Virus record (IMG/VR): IMGVR_UViG_3300034072_001149
Coordinates: 32,001-96,000 of that record
DNA from: a virus
Direction: 5' to 3' (one strand)
Length of the DNA stretch: 64,000 bases
The position numbers and the translations under genes were made by a program. A model generated the notes under the pieces. That model saw only the letters and a program-made list of their open reading frames with translations, was not told where the DNA came from and made no database searches. This document shows, in pieces, positions 18,960-30,175 of the stretch. Position 1 is the stretch's first letter. Every line of letters starts with the position of its first letter.

Positions 18960-19134
18960 CAGCAAAGACATCCTGAAGTTCATTGGTGTAAAATGAATCA
19001 CCTATGATTTCATGATCGCCAACAAATCTACCGGCAAACCAGTCATCGACTTGCTTGGCTTTATCTTTATGGACGAATTGCGCTTGGTAACGCCACTTGT
19101 TGAAAAACTTATTCTTCGTCGTTTGAAATCTCAT
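18889..19134 (-). CDS. Hypothetical protein (DAxxFKL-like family)
   Basis: VDDWF...FYTNELQDVFAVRIQF. Confidence 0.5.
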   Translation of the reverse strand: MRFQTTKNKFFNKWRYQAQFVHKDKAKQVDDWFAGRFVGDHEIIGDSFYTNELQDVFAVRIQFDHHLKVIREAELALPCKS

Positions 19135-19462
19135 CAGGATCATCCGTATGCTGCTCTACCCGGTCGAACAGCGTCTTAAAAGCTTCATGATCCTGTAGTT
19201 TCCACATCAGCAGAATTCCAGAATTCTGCAGATAGAGTTCAACTTCATTGGTGGAAGGATGGTTCTGGAGTTTCCAGTCAACACCATCTTCCCCAACTTC
19301 CCGCCGGAGTCGCTTTTCAAGTCGGCTCTTTTGGGAAATGGCAGTGATCACATCATTCGTTTTGGCGAGAACAGCCCGGATTTTGAAACCAGTGAAAATC
19401 GTTGAAGGATCCCAATCCGCGTCGTAGCGATTGACCTTGCGAATTTCAAGTTTGCTGCTCAT
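19109..19462 (-). CDS. Hypothetical protein
   Basis: GGAG SD; LYLQNSGILLMWKL. Confidence 0.65.
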   Translation of the reverse strand: MSSKLEIRKVNRYDADWDPSTIFTGFKIRAVLAKTNDVITAISQKSRLEKRLRREVGEDGVDWKLQNHPSTNEVELYLQNSGILLMWKLQDHEAFKTLFDRVEQHTDDPDEISNDEE

Positions 19463-19522
19463 CGTTCACTCCATATTTAACCTTGTAGGCTTTCTAGCAC
19501 AGGAAGGCTAGACGTCAACCAA

Positions 19523-19831
19523 TTAGGCCCAAGATAGTTTGAATAGAATCGCATGGTCTGGATTCTTGAAGAATATCCGCATTTGTGTTTGACGGTTTGA
19601 ATGGGATGAAGAGACGCAAGGATCTATTGGTCCATAGGGACACCATGCCCAATTATTTCTGTCATGGGTCAAGGCGGTATGGACTTCATCTTCAGTCCAC
19701 CATAACATCCAATCACCTTTTCCAGCGATTCGTTCTAGAGTTTCAACTAACTTCTCACTGGCGTGCGCCCGAGACCGTACATTACCGTTTTTGGAAAGAC
19801 AGTCCAATGGTATGATAACGCTTGCGGTCAT
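19523..19831 (-). CDS. Hypothetical protein (DAxxFKL family)
   Basis: C-terminal FFKNPDHAILFKLSW. Confidence 0.7.
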   Translation of the reverse strand: MTASVIIPLDCLSKNGNVRSRAHASEKLVETLERIAGKGDWMLWWTEDEVHTALTHDRNNWAWCPYGPIDPCVSSSHSNRQTQMRIFFKNPDHAILFKLSWA

Positions 19832-20055
19832 AGCCAGGTCAGCTTGAATTTTAGGGCATCCGTTAGGTTGAAAAAGTAAATGGCTACTTCTCGCTCTTCA
19901 CGAAAATGATCCCAATACCAGTCTTCACCTTTGACATTCTGGTATAACCATGACAGGCAATCTGAAGATAGGAATACGTCACCCCAGATATCTGCTCTGA
20001 CTATTCCCTTTTTACGCCATTCTTCAATAGTGGCATCAAAGCTGATGGGGATCAT
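19828..20055 (-). CDS. Hypothetical protein (DAxxFKL family)
   Basis: C-terminal [15 protein letters not shown]. Confidence 0.7.
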   Translation of the reverse strand: MIPISFDATIEEWRKKGIVRADIWGDVFLSSDCLSWLYQNVKGEDWYWDHFREEREVAIYFFNLTDALKFKLTWL

Positions 20056-20914
20056 TTATGAACATTCCACATGAGGCGGCAACATCAAAACCAACCCTTG
20101 GAACGATTCGACTGTTTTCGTTTCCAAAAGCCTCAGACAAGATATCAAAGTTTCTTTGTATGATATCTTCACTGGGTTCTTGTCCCTGTGCTGGGCTATA
20201 AGGGTTGTAACGAACCAGATTGAACTTTACATCAAGGCTACGAACCAAGATAGCCATAATGATTTCTTCCAAAACTTCAAGGCTATCGTTTTCATTTTCG
20301 ATAAAAGACCAATGGAGAGTTACCAGTTGCCCAGTGCGCTGCTGCCATTCCACTAGCTTCCAAAGAGCATCATGAGGATTCATGGATTTGGGAAGCCATC
20401 GTTTGCGAAAGTCATCTCGCATGGAATAAAGGGAATAATAGATTTGTGCTCCAGTGTCACCAAAGATGTCATAGAGGCTGCGATCTGAAACTTCTAAAGG
20501 CATGATTGTGCTAATGTTATACTTGGCAATCAGAGCATGTTGTTCTGCTAGGCTCTGTAAGGGCCTAGAGACGTCATCCCATTTTGTTAGCACTGTGGGA
20601 TTAGACAACGGCTCTCCACGCGCCATGAAGTTAAAATTGACCCTCTGGGCATCGTCAAATTGACGATAGTGGCGAAACACCTGCAAGGCTTGGTTTTCAT
20701 AGTCCCAAGCACTTGCAGGTGTCATCATGGTTTGACGTGTCTGCGTCAAATGGCAAAACCTACATGCTTTGTTACAACCAGTATGGCTGCTCAAATAGGT
20801 AATGAAATAATCCTCTTGGCGCCGAACATACCTTGCTTCAAATGCTCCTTTGTCATCCTGTGGTATAACAAAGTTTACACTGGCATCTTCGGCGCTGTAG
20901 AGGATTCTAGTCAT
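20036..20914 (-). CDS. RlmN/Cfr-like radical SAM enzyme
   Basis: [13 protein letters not shown] (CxxxCxxC), [15 protein letters not shown] and [10 protein letters not shown] motifs. Confidence 0.85.
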   Translation of the reverse strand: MTRILYSAEDASVNFVIPQDDKGAFEARYVRRQEDYFITYLSSHTGCNKACRFCHLTQTRQTMMTPASAWDYENQALQVFRHYRQFDDAQRVNFNFMARGEPLSNPTVLTKWDDVSRPLQSLAEQHALIAKYNISTIMPLEVSDRSLYDIFGDTGAQIYYSLYSMRDDFRKRWLPKSMNPHDALWKLVEWQQRTGQLVTLHWSFIENENDSLEVLEEIIMAILVRSLDVKFNLVRYNPYSPAQGQEPSEDIIQRNFDILSEAFGNENSRIVPRVGFDVAASCGMFINDPHQL

Positions 20915-22691
20915 TTGCTTCAGTATCCGTTACAAAGGTGGTGAAGTTGTTTTCCTTCTGAACCAGCAATATCCGTGGCACACGACTGACCAAACTGTCA
21001 TTATGTGAAATTAGGAAAATGTTCTTGCCGCGGTCACGAGTCATTTTCTTGAGAATCTCAAGGGCCAAATCCATACCTGCTGGGTCCATGCCAGAATCCA
21101 CCAATTCGTCAATCATCAGTAGGTTCAAGGGCTTGTTCATAGTTTCCCAAACATCACGGAACGACCACGCCAAAGACAGAACCAGGCGGTTAGCTTCACC
21201 ATTTGAAAGCTGGGCAAAATCATATTCTTTACCAAGCAGCATGATTTCAACTGACAGATCACTCTGGAAGCTGACCTCATGTGGAAGCTGAACTTTGTCC
21301 AAATAGCTATTGAGGCGAACGTTCAAATAACTAAGATTCTGGTCAATGATCTTCTTGCGAATAAAGGAGTTCTTATCGGTCAGAAGCTTGACCAGAAAGT
21401 TCTGGTGTTCTTGTAAGCGAGTCAACTCATTGAGGTATTCATATGAAATATCCTGTAGACCAGACGTGCTCAAGGTGGCAATTTGATCCAGGTAGGGTGA
21501 TTCAACCGCTGCCTCTCTGGTGATATCGCTGATCAGCTTATCCAGAGTATGACGATGATTGAGAGCCTGCTCCATGTTGTCGTAGTTGACAACAGGTGCT
21601 TCCCCCAATTGACTCAATTCACCTATAGCTTTTTCAAGGTCAGACGCCGCGGCATAGAGTTCAGCTTCGGCGGCTTCTCGCTCAGCGACCAACTTTGCCT
21701 TGCGCTCCTGTAGATCAGCTAGGATCTCAGCATGTTTTTCACTGTGAACTTCCTGACCACAAGTGTGACATAGGTTTTCGTTAGCCATTTCAAGCTGGCT
21801 ATCAATTCGGGAAATACTCGACTCAACTGCGATATAGGACTTTTCTATCCTAGAAGCATCACGTTCAAAACGTGCGACTTCCTGGCTGAGTCGATTAAAC
21901 TCAACCAAAGTCCTCTGATTATTGATTTCGGTCTCAATATCAATTTCATTGAGGTTATCAATAGCCTTTTCCAACTTGAGCAGCTTGGCGGTATGCTCTT
22001 TGTCCCACATCTTGCTCTTGAAGTTGAGTTCATTGATAGTCTTTTGGATCTTTTCGTTAGAGTCCTTGACCGTCTTTATGCGAATTTCCTCGCTTTTGAT
22101 TTCATCTTTGATTTGCTTGACTAGTTCTTTTAGCTGATCGGCTTTGCTTGACAACTGAGTGATTCCAAGCAGTTCTTCAATGACATCTCTTTGGTCTTTG
22201 GCTGACATATCCAAGAATGGAACGGTCTTGCTGTGGAGGGCAACAATATGCTTGAATAGAAGATGCGAACATCCAATAGTCTTTTCGATTTCTGCCTGTG
22301 TTACCTTGCTTTCACCGTGGGCTTCGTCTGTGCCGTCCGCATTCACCAATCCATCATTGACATAAAAACGGAGGAAGTTTGGCTTGCGACCGCGCTCAAT
22401 TCGATAGTTCTTGTTGCCAATATCAAAATCCAGACTCACACTCATCTGCTTTTGATTGGTTTTGTTGACAAGGTTATCGCGCTTGATGGCTGTGAGCGGC
22501 AGTCCATAGATCGCATAGCAGATCGCTTGGATCAAAGTGGTCTTACCTACACCATTGCGACTGCCCCCTGAACCCAGGTCAACATTCTCACCCAATATCA
22601 AAGTCAGACCATGCTCGTCAAGATTAACTGCCTGAGTGGTGTTACCTACACTAAGAAAATTCTTCATAGTTACGGTTCGAATTTTTATCAT
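20907..22691 (-). CDS. Recombination ATPase subunit (T4 gp46/SbcC/Rad50-like)
   Basis: [15 protein letters not shown] Walker A, CHTCGQ zinc hook, LSNGE signature, LLMIDE Walker B. Confidence 0.95.
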   Translation of the reverse strand: MIKIRTVTMKNFLSVGNTTQAVNLDEHGLTLILGENVDLGSGGSRNGVGKTTLIQAICYAIYGLPLTAIKRDNLVNKTNQKQMSVSLDFDIGNKNYRIERGRKPNFLRFYVNDGLVNADGTDEAHGESKVTQAEIEKTIGCSHLLFKHIVALHSKTVPFLDMSAKDQRDVIEELLGITQLSSKADQLKELVKQIKDEIKSEEIRIKTVKDSNEKIQKTINELNFKSKMWDKEHTAKLLKLEKAIDNLNEIDIETEINNQRTLVEFNRLSQEVARFERDASRIEKSYIAVESSISRIDSQLEMANENLCHTCGQEVHSEKHAEILADLQERKAKLVAEREAAEAELYAAASDLEKAIGELSQLGEAPVVNYDNMEQALNHRHTLDKLISDITREAAVESPYLDQIATLSTSGLQDISYEYLNELTRLQEHQNFLVKLLTDKNSFIRKKIIDQNLSYLNVRLNSYLDKVQLPHEVSFQSDLSVEIMLLGKEYDFAQLSNGEANRLVLSLAWSFRDVWETMNKPLNLLMIDELVDSGMDPAGMDLALEILKKMTRDRGKNIFLISHNDSLVSRVPRILLVQKENNFTTFVTDTEAND

Positions 22692-23032
22692 TCTTTGTTC
22701 TTTCGACCCAAATGGTTGTTTACCTGAGCTAGTAGCGATGTCGCATTGCTAACCTGTCCTTCAAAATTGATACCGGTAGACAGTTTGACTAATACCGAAT
22801 TCAATTCCAAAGCCTTCTCGGTGAATACGATGAAACCGTTCATGAGCACCAAGATACCATACTCTACATTCTGGCCGTTCAGAATGTCAGTTATGGCATT
22901 GGTTGTGTTTTGAAACTCAACCAAGCTCATGATCTGGTTTTTCTTTACAAACTCGTAGACATATTCAAATTGCCTAGGACTTTCAGGCTTTCTAGTAGCA
23001 ATCAGATCAATTTGCCAGGGCTCTAATATCAT
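22688..23032 (-). CDS. Hypothetical protein between gp47 and gp46
   Basis: Translationally coupled at both ends. Confidence 0.65.
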   Translation of the reverse strand: MILEPWQIDLIATRKPESPRQFEYVYEFVKKNQIMSLVEFQNTTNAITDILNGQNVEYGILVLMNGFIVFTEKALELNSVLVKLSTGINFEGQVSNATSLLAQVNNHLGRKNKE

Positions 23033-24057
23033 GAAAGCCCTCGATAAATTTCAATCAGAAGATTCTTATCGACCGTCAGGCTATCAATACCTTTGAGGCC
23101 TTCAATCACAATCTGATCAACTGACTGGAAGATCACATCCTCACCAAACGATTGTTCCTCGTTTTCCTTGGTTCCCGGCATGATGTCAATCTTACGCGGG
23201 CTAAATTGAGCCGCGAACGTTTCTTTGATAAACTGAGCTTCATCGTGGTTAACCGGTATGTCACAGGTAATACGAGCATAGGTCTTTTCATCAATGAAAC
23301 TAGTGGGTGATTCAAGAATCTCGGTTAGCTTCAAAGTCCGGTATTTTGGAGCATCAGGCCAAGCAATGAACTCGGGTTCTTGACCCCATTCCAAAAACAT
23401 CATCCCACGTTCGTCATCCCACGCATCAGCGAAGTTATGAGGAAACGGGTTACCCAGATAACAAATTTTGTTCTTGGCCTGGCGCTTGTGGAAATGTCCT
23501 GAAAACGCCCAATACTTGACATCATCAAATGCGCTGGCATTGAGGCCACCATGATCTGGCATCTCGACCATGGCATTCATCATAAAATGGGGAAGTTCAA
23601 AATGACCAAACATATAATCTGACTTCTTTGCCAGTTTGCTGATCTTCTTGCTGTCATCCCCAACCAACCAAGGGCAGAACGTGACGCCACCCACAGTCAA
23701 GAAGTCGTTGATGATGGTGACGTTCTTGAGATTTCTACCAATTGCCACGCTGCTGATTTCACGTTTTTCTTTGTAATAAAGATCGTGATTACCAGGAATG
23801 AAATAAAAGTGATCAAACGCATCAGCTAGCCTTTCCATATTAGAAAGGCTGTAGTTCAGAGTTGAAACATGGATTGCGTGTCGGTTGTCATGCCAATCAC
23901 CAGAGAAGATGATGGTATCTACATCTCTGGCTTTGGCTTGCTCAATAAACCATTTTACGAAATTTTCGCAATCCTGATTGTGCTGTCGGTCATTGTTCTT
24001 TTTTCCAAAATGGATGTCTGTGAACACTGCCGCTCTCTTGAAGAGCTTTTCGCTCAT
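23029..24057 (-). CDS. Recombination nuclease subunit (T4 gp47/SbcD/Mre11-like)
   Basis: DIHFG, GDWHD, GNHD and SGHFH phosphoesterase motifs. Confidence 0.95.
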   Translation of the reverse strand: MSEKLFKRAAVFTDIHFGKKNNDRQHNQDCENFVKWFIEQAKARDVDTIIFSGDWHDNRHAIHVSTLNYSLSNMERLADAFDHFYFIPGNHDLYYKEKREISSVAIGRNLKNVTIINDFLTVGGVTFCPWLVGDDSKKISKLAKKSDYMFGHFELPHFMMNAMVEMPDHGGLNASAFDDVKYWAFSGHFHKRQAKNKICYLGNPFPHNFADAWDDERGMMFLEWGQEPEFIAWPDAPKYRTLKLTEILESPTSFIDEKTYARITCDIPVNHDEAQFIKETFAAQFSPRKIDIMPGTKENEEQSFGEDVIFQSVDQIVIEGLKGIDSLTVDKNLLIEIYRGLS

Positions 24058-24113
24058 GGAAACCTCGCTATCTTATTTGCTCCAGTTGTAAGGCCCTTGA
24101 CCCCTAAAAGTCA

Positions 24114-25082
24114 TTATTGGTCTGGTAACTGGTTCTTAGCTAGATAGGCAGCAACACGAGCTTTGCGGGCTTCTTCCTCTTCTGGAGTTAGCTCTACCTT
24201 CTCAATTTTCACATTACTGGGCGAAGTCTTGCGGACCAGCTTCTTGGCCTCTGGTGCTTCACCATTGGCAATGGCTCTCTGACTCAGAGAATTATCAACC
24301 TGTCGTGTCATTGAAGGAGTTACACCGTGCATGACCAGCATGTCATCCCTGATGTTTTGGTTGCGCTTCTCCAAATTCAGAACGCGAGTAAATGCGTTGC
24401 TGACGGTAACGGTGTAGTAGGCAAATGGATTATCTGAACGCGCTTCATTGAACTGAAGACCAACTAGGCTCAACTGTAGAAGGGCTTGGCTGCGCATTTC
24501 ATCAACATATGTGTAGCCTCTCCAGTTGCCACGCTGTGAATATCGTTCAACCAGTTTCATAAACATATTGGCAAGGCGATTGGTAATTTTGCCATGCGTC
24601 TGTGAAAACTCTCCGTTTTCAAGAGCATCTTTCCAATGGGACCTGCCTACTTCCTTGGCGCCTTCATCCTCGGTAATGATGTAATGTTTGAATGGTGGAA
24701 AGTTCAAACGAACATGGTTATCGGCAACACTCTTGGGATTCTTTACCCTACCATCTTCCAGAGGAATATGCTCGTGAGTCATGACACGCCATACGATGCT
24801 ATCCACTGGAATTGACAAAGGATCGATTTCTTCGATTTTGATCTGATGATTCTTAAGACCCTTTTCCTTTTGGATCAGCTTTTCAGCCTGCATCATCTTC
24901 TTTGCTTTGTTTTCACGAACAGATTGGATCAAAGCAGGATTGATTTCATCAAGTGATCCAACAATACAGTCATATGTTGAATACTTGGGATCTACATAAT
25001 AGGAAAAGGTATTCTTGGACTTGTGAATCTCACTCAGGAGTTCTTTGTTGGTTAGATAATTGACCTTAGGTGTAATAGCCAT
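24114..25082 (-). CDS. Late-transcription sigma factor (T4 gp55-like)
   Basis: NYLTNKELL, NWRGYTYVDEM and NPFAYYT...NAF...EK motifs; T4-like synteny with gp47/gp46. Confidence 0.9.
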   Translation of the reverse strand: MAITPKVNYLTNKELLSEIHKSKNTFSYYVDPKYSTYDCIVGSLDEINPALIQSVRENKAKKMMQAEKLIQKEKGLKNHQIKIEEIDPLSIPVDSIVWRVMTHEHIPLEDGRVKNPKSVADNHVRLNFPPFKHYIITEDEGAKEVGRSHWKDALENGEFSQTHGKITNRLANMFMKLVERYSQRGNWRGYTYVDEMRSQALLQLSLVGLQFNEARSDNPFAYYTVTVSNAFTRVLNLEKRNQNIRDDMLVMHGVTPSMTRQVDNSLSQRAIANGEAPEAKKLVRKTSPSNVKIEKVELTPEEEEARKARVAAYLAKNQLPDQ

Positions 25083-25320
25083 GTGTGGCGCCGCTCCTTA
25101 TGTTTTTGTTATTAGCGGTTGATGTAAAAAGCAGTCTCTGGGTCTTAGCCAGCGCATCGCTTCGTATTCTTTTTATAGACTAAAACGCACCAGAAATCTA
25201 TAACTTCGTTATCATCCATAGCCTTGACTGATTGAAAAATATAAGAATAATGACAGCAAATCTCTTTTGCTTTAGACAAAAGACTGGTTTATTAAAACTG
25301 AGGTTTATAGGTCGGTAAAT

Positions 25321-25893
25321 ATGAATAGAGGCAGTAACAAAGTGGTCTTTGGGGTTGGGCGTTTGAATCCTCCCACCCGAGGTCATAGTGTTCTGGTTCA
25401 ACAGGTAAAGGAAACGGCTGAACGTCTTGGCGCCCGCGCAATGCTCTATATTGTGGACGGTGAAAAATCGGGACAAGACAAAAGCAAAAATCCTCTAACT
25501 GGTGAACAGCGAGTTGAGATTGCCCGCCGGCTCTTTCCAGGAGTCACTATTGATGTCGTGGGCTCTGCCTATGAAGTCCTGGAAGTGTTAGAACTACAAT
25601 ACCTCGAACCGAGGGTGTGGGTTGCGGGATCTGACCGTGCTGCCAAATACCGCAAGCTTCTATCCAGTGAACTACTGGATTGTGAAGTTCTTGAGGTGGA
25701 CCGTAGCGCAGGTGAGGCCGATGGTGTAAGTGCCACTGCCGCACGCAAAGCAGCCATTGAAGGCAACATGGAAGAGTTTGCTCACCATATGCCTTCAAAC
25801 CTCGACTCAAAGGAACTTGCGGAAATAGCAGATATGATTCGCGAGGTATCCCAGTGTCAGAACCCAACAAGAGTAACACATCAACAGGACTAG
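25321..25893 (+). CDS. Cytidylyltransferase-like nucleotidyltransferase
   Basis: GRLNPPTRGH (HxGH-type), KNPL, GSDR and SATAAR motifs; true start may be GTG near 25343. Confidence 0.8.
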   Translation: MNRGSNKVVFGVGRLNPPTRGHSVLVQQVKETAERLGARAMLYIVDGEKSGQDKSKNPLTGEQRVEIARRLFPGVTIDVVGSAYEVLEVLELQYLEPRVWVAGSDRAAKYRKLLSSELLDCEVLEVDRSAGEADGVSATAARKAAIEGNMEEFAHHMPSNLDSKELAEIADMIREVSQCQNPTRVTHQQD

Positions 25894-26990
25894 TATCCAG
25901 CGGAAGTGGACAAAGTGTAAACGCCAAGGCAATCAGCGCGGGCGATTTCGCTTATGGTGCTTTGGGTAACGGAACGGCAGGTGGTCTTGGTAATGCGGCT
26001 CTTTTGAGCACCACTACTATCCTACCAAACACTCGCCGAACAAAAATCAGCAGAACTCAATTGGAAGCGGCGGACAAAGAATACACCCGCCAGATGAATA
26101 TCCTGAGCCAGTTTTGGTCTGTCAAGGATACCAGTAGCCCTGCGTATGCTGCTCAAAAGCAGAACGCAATGATGGCTCAATACCAGTGGGAACTTGCCCG
26201 CAACAATCTTGAAGAGGTAGTTTCCTCTGAGCTGTCTAGGCGCGAAGAACCAATTGAAGTTCTTCCTGGTGAAATTGTAACTTCTCCTACTATTATTGGT
26301 GATCTTGAAGGCATCGTTCCGCAAGTAGATGCCGCACCTGTAGAAGATGAGATCGTGGTAATCGGACGACCACGTGACAACAGAATTCGCATTTCTCCCA
26401 AAGAAGGCCAACGTGATGAGATTTTTGGAGATGAGAATTCTATTCTCTATATGTTGAGAGAAACTGATGGTGTATTCTTTCCCTATACACCAACTATAGA
26501 CTTTAGTCACCGTGCTGAATATTCATCTATGGCACCCACACATGCGAATACCAGCTACTATACCTACACACATACTCCAGCTATTCAGATTACCATACAG
26601 GGTCAATTCAGCGCACAGAACCTAGCAGAGGCCAAATACACTCTAGCATCCATGCACTTTTTCAGAACAGTAACCAAGATGCATTTTGGCTTCCAAGAAG
26701 CTGAAGAAGGTACAGCCGGATTACCACCTCCGGTTCTCAATCTAAACGGGTATGGCGAGTATATGTTTGATAATCTTTCGATCATCATTCAGGAATTCAA
26801 AATGGATATGCCCAACAATGTGGACTATATAGAAGTAGAGCATGTTGGCGGTCTTGCTTGGGTGCCCACACTCACAACCTTTACAATATCTTGCGTCGTT
26901 CAGAATACTCCAAAGCAGCAAAGAGATGAGTTCAATTTCAAGGAATTTGCTAGCGGAGAACTGATGCGAGATGGGAATGGATGGATCTAA
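25854..26990 (+). CDS. Tail tube initiator/baseplate cap-like protein
   Basis: GVFFPYTP, HFFRTVTKM, G.PPPVL.LNGYG and WVPT motifs; late operon. Confidence 0.7.
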   Translation: MSEPNKSNTSTGLVSSGSGQSVNAKAISAGDFAYGALGNGTAGGLGNAALLSTTTILPNTRRTKISRTQLEAADKEYTRQMNILSQFWSVKDTSSPAYAAQKQNAMMAQYQWELARNNLEEVVSSELSRREEPIEVLPGEIVTSPTIIGDLEGIVPQVDAAPVEDEIVVIGRPRDNRIRISPKEGQRDEIFGDENSILYMLRETDGVFFPYTPTIDFSHRAEYSSMAPTHANTSYYTYTHTPAIQITIQGQFSAQNLAEAKYTLASMHFFRTVTKMHFGFQEAEEGTAGLPPPVLNLNGYGEYMFDNLSIIIQEFKMDMPNNVDYIEVEHVGGLAWVPTLTTFTISCVVQNTPKQQRDEFNFKEFASGELMRDGNGWI

Positions 26991-27295
26991 TGAGTAAAGT
27001 TGAATACAAAAGATCAAGCCCATACGCTGACACTCCCCAAACCACTTGGTATCTAAGTAACTATGAACCACGAGTTATAAATCGTGACGGGACTGATATA
27101 CGCAAAATCCTAGAAACCAAGTATGAAAACAGACCAGATCTGCTTTCGTATGATCTTTATGGGACGCCGAACCTTTGGTGGATATTCATGGTGTTGAATC
27201 CTGATGCTATAAAGGATCCCATCTATGATTTCAAAGCAGGCCTTGTGATTTATGTTCCTACGGCCACTCGTATCTCAAATACATTGGGAATCTAA
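26990..27295 (+). CDS. Baseplate wedge protein (T4 gp53-like, LysM-related)
   Basis: RPDLLSYDLYGTPNLWWIFMVLNPD motif. Confidence 0.85.
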   Translation: MSKVEYKRSSPYADTPQTTWYLSNYEPRVINRDGTDIRKILETKYENRPDLLSYDLYGTPNLWWIFMVLNPDAIKDPIYDFKAGLVIYVPTATRISNTLGI

Positions 27296-30165
27296 TGACC
27301 AGAGCAAGACAACTTTTGAATTCTGAAACCAGAACCAATCAATCTCAGAACGCTTCTGGTGATCAAACAGGTTCTGGTAACACGACTCCGACGAACACAA
27401 ATTTCAACGGTCAGTCTCCTGATAGAGCTGATATTGAAAATGGAGGAACACCAGGAGGCTTTCTCAAGCATTTGAATTTTATTCCTGAGCCCAATCCAAT
27501 GGGGGATTTGTTCCAGCCAACCTATCACTTTTCCTTTTATCTGGATACTGATGTGGAGGCAGAGCAAGGAACTGGTAAGGAGTTCGTAATTGCTGAAACC
27601 GGTCTCACTGGTATGAACATCCAAAGTGTTGAAATTGACAGCTTTGTGGGACCTAATATTCGAACTCGTAATGCTACCGCGACTAGCATTACGATGAAGA
27701 TTTATGAACCATTTGGTGCTCAATTTCCTGATCTTCTATTCAATGCGGCTGTAAGGATGAACATCCGCAACTACCTAAAGGCTCCTTGGTTCCTAAGACT
27801 GAAGCTTCATGGTTATGATGAAGATGGAGTCAAGGTAGAAGTAGGCCAGGGTTGGAAATGGAAAATGGTTTTGATTGATGTTCAAAGTAACATCAGTGAA
27901 AACGGATCTCTTCACACTGTAACCGCAATGCCTATGGCAGAAGTTGCTCTTAACAACCAGTATTGTATGCTGCCATCCTTGGTTAATACAAGTGGAACAA
28001 CGGTTGGTGAGGTATTGAAAAATATCATTACCAGTATGAACGAAAATGTAAAAACCAAATATGGTGACACCAATCCACCAGTTTTGGAGTTTGCTATCGA
28101 GGATAGGGAATATCCCTATGATACTAAGATAGGCGTCAGCCGCCCATTTGATCACAGAATCGTTTCTGATTCTCCCCAAGATAGCAACACTAGAACTTCA
28201 GAGAACTTTGGTACACAGGATACGCATTTTAGTCCTGGAACTGATATTCCAGCAGTTGTTGATATGTTGATGGCTCGAACTGATACTGCGATTCAAGCAG
28301 CTCGTATCAGTCGTGAAAAGCCAAAAGTGGATGGTCCTGATCTAGAAACAGATGTGAGAGATCCTGCCTCACTCATGCACCGAATTGACACCAAGGTAGA
28401 ATACCTATCATATAATGCGGTGATTGGTGATTACTGTAAAAAGATCACCTTTATCGTGAAACCATATCAAAGCCTTCGCCTATTGACATCAATGGGAAGA
28501 GCAATGTCTTTTGACAAAGAAAAGATACTGAATCGTCTAAAAGCCAAACATGCTGTAGATCAGGTTTTGATGCGAAAGCAGTATGATTATGTTTTCACTG
28601 GTCTCAACACCGAGGTGGAGAAATTTGATATCAATGTGAATTTCAGGTGGGCAGTTAGTGTTCCAGTTATACAAGGTTGGAATACAAATACAGGAACCAC
28701 TGCTCGAGTTGATATCGCACAATCTGCTCAAGACCATTCGTTGAAGCTGAATGCCAATAGCCAGGAACTTGAAGCTACCCGCCTTGAGATTTTTAATCTT
28801 GATAGGGAAATCGAGGAGGCAGGAACATCAGTCAGCCCAGAGCAAACTCGTAGGCGTGAAGAACTTGAAGCTCGTCGTCGTAGATTGGACGAAGAAAATC
28901 GACAGTTGAGAACTATTACTGGTTTTGAAGTCGACGAACTAAACCGTATCGAAAATGAACGTTCAGAAAAGCGTCGTAGGGCCAATCCTATTACTGGTAG
29001 AACCATTGATGGTGAAGATGATATCTACTATAACGCACAGAGTGAAGCCGATGGTAGTGCCAGAGAAGGGTTCGGTGGTTCAGGATCTGATGATTTAAGC
29101 TATCTACCTATTACTATTGTCCAAGATGCTGATTCACCTAGTGCTAGTGTGTATACTGGAACTTCCACGGATAATAATTCCAACAAGGGAGTTTATGGTG
29201 CTCTCTTGAACCAGTTATATGGAAGTTTTGATGGTAACCTTCAAAGTCTAGAGTTGGATATTAGAGGTGACCCCTACTGGTTAGGCCCCGGCTCAACTGG
29301 TGAGGAATACTCTGAGCCTTCAACTGCTGAGGTGCCCAATTTCAGTAACGGTGAGCATATGTTTGTTTTCCGTTTTAAGCTACCACAAGGTTACGACCAG
29401 AATACTGGAACTGTCAGTGTGGCTGCTGATGATAGAAAGGGAGGTAGTAGAGGAGAAGGTGAAAACCAAAAGCCAGCAAGCGGTGGCAATAGTAATATCT
29501 TCACTGGATTCTATGCGGTTACTCAAGTTATCAATCGTTTCAACAATGGATACTTCTCGCAGACTTTGAATGCCCAGAGGATTCAGGGATGGACTTATGA
29601 GAATATCATCGAAGGCCGAGAAGTCACAGTTGATGATAACACCAATATCACAGATTCAGATGTGCCTCTTATCTCGAATCCAAGAGCCAATGAATCAACT
29701 GCTATTGCAAACGGTAATCGTGGGTCTGGTGCTAGATTGCCATCTAGAACAACTCTCAGTGAGCGAGAGTTGCTGGCTATCACTTTGGTTGGTGAAGCCG
29801 GTGGTGAAGGAGACCAGGGTATGTTGGCAGTTGGAAACGTGATTGTCAATCGTGCCAAAAAGAACTTCACAGGAAGAACTGTAAGCGACGTGATTATGAG
29901 CCCCAGGCAGTTTTCAGTCTGGAATAATCAACGACCTGAAACCCTCTATAATGCCCGTAAGGATACTGATGTATATCGTAGAGCAGACAGAATCGCCGGT
30001 GAATTGTTGTCCGGTCGAGCATCTGATGTGACTGGTGGTGCTGATCACTATCTCAATGAGGTCGTGACTAGACAAGGTAGATCCGATGGTAGTTTGCCGT
30101 CTTGGTATCGAAAAGGCAAGATTACCAGAAAAATCGGCAAACACACTTTCCTGAAAATCCTATAA
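27295..30165 (+). CDS. Baseplate hub protein with C-terminal SleB/CwlJ-type cell-wall hydrolase
   Basis: IRGDPYWL hub motif; C-terminal GEAGGEG..GMLAVGNVIVNR, QFSVWN, GADHY and IGKHTF. Confidence 0.8.
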   Translation: MTRARQLLNSETRTNQSQNASGDQTGSGNTTPTNTNFNGQSPDRADIENGGTPGGFLKHLNFIPEPNPMGDLFQPTYHFSFYLDTDVEAEQGTGKEFVIAETGLTGMNIQSVEIDSFVGPNIRTRNATATSITMKIYEPFGAQFPDLLFNAAVRMNIRNYLKAPWFLRLKLHGYDEDGVKVEVGQGWKWKMVLIDVQSNISENGSLHTVTAMPMAEVALNNQYCMLPSLVNTSGTTVGEVLKNIITSMNENVKTKYGDTNPPVLEFAIEDREYPYDTKIGVSRPFDHRIVSDSPQDSNTRTSENFGTQDTHFSPGTDIPAVVDMLMARTDTAIQAARISREKPKVDGPDLETDVRDPASLMHRIDTKVEYLSYNAVIGDYCKKITFIVKPYQSLRLLTSMGRAMSFDKEKILNRLKAKHAVDQVLMRKQYDYVFTGLNTEVEKFDINVNFRWAVSVPVIQGWNTNTGTTARVDIAQSAQDHSLKLNANSQELEATRLEIFNLDREIEEAGTSVSPEQTRRREELEARRRRLDEENRQLRTITGFEVDELNRIENERSEKRRRANPITGRTIDGEDDIYYNAQSEADGSAREGFGGSGSDDLSYLPITIVQDADSPSASVYTGTSTDNNSNKGVYGALLNQLYGSFDGNLQSLELDIRGDPYWLGPGSTGEEYSEPSTAEVPNFSNGEHMFVFRFKLPQGYDQNTGTVSVAADDRKGGSRGEGENQKPASGGNSNIFTGFYAVTQVINRFNNGYFSQTLNAQRIQGWTYENIIEGREVTVDDNTNITDSDVPLISNPRANESTAIANGNRGSGARLPSRTTLSERELLAITLVGEAGGEGDQGMLAVGNVIVNRAKKNFTGRTVSDVIMSPRQFSVWNNQRPETLYNARKDTDVYRRADRIAGELLSGRASDVTGGADHYLNEVVTRQGRSDGSLPSWYRKGKITRKIGKHTFLKIL

Positions 30166-30175
30166 GGAGTTCAAA

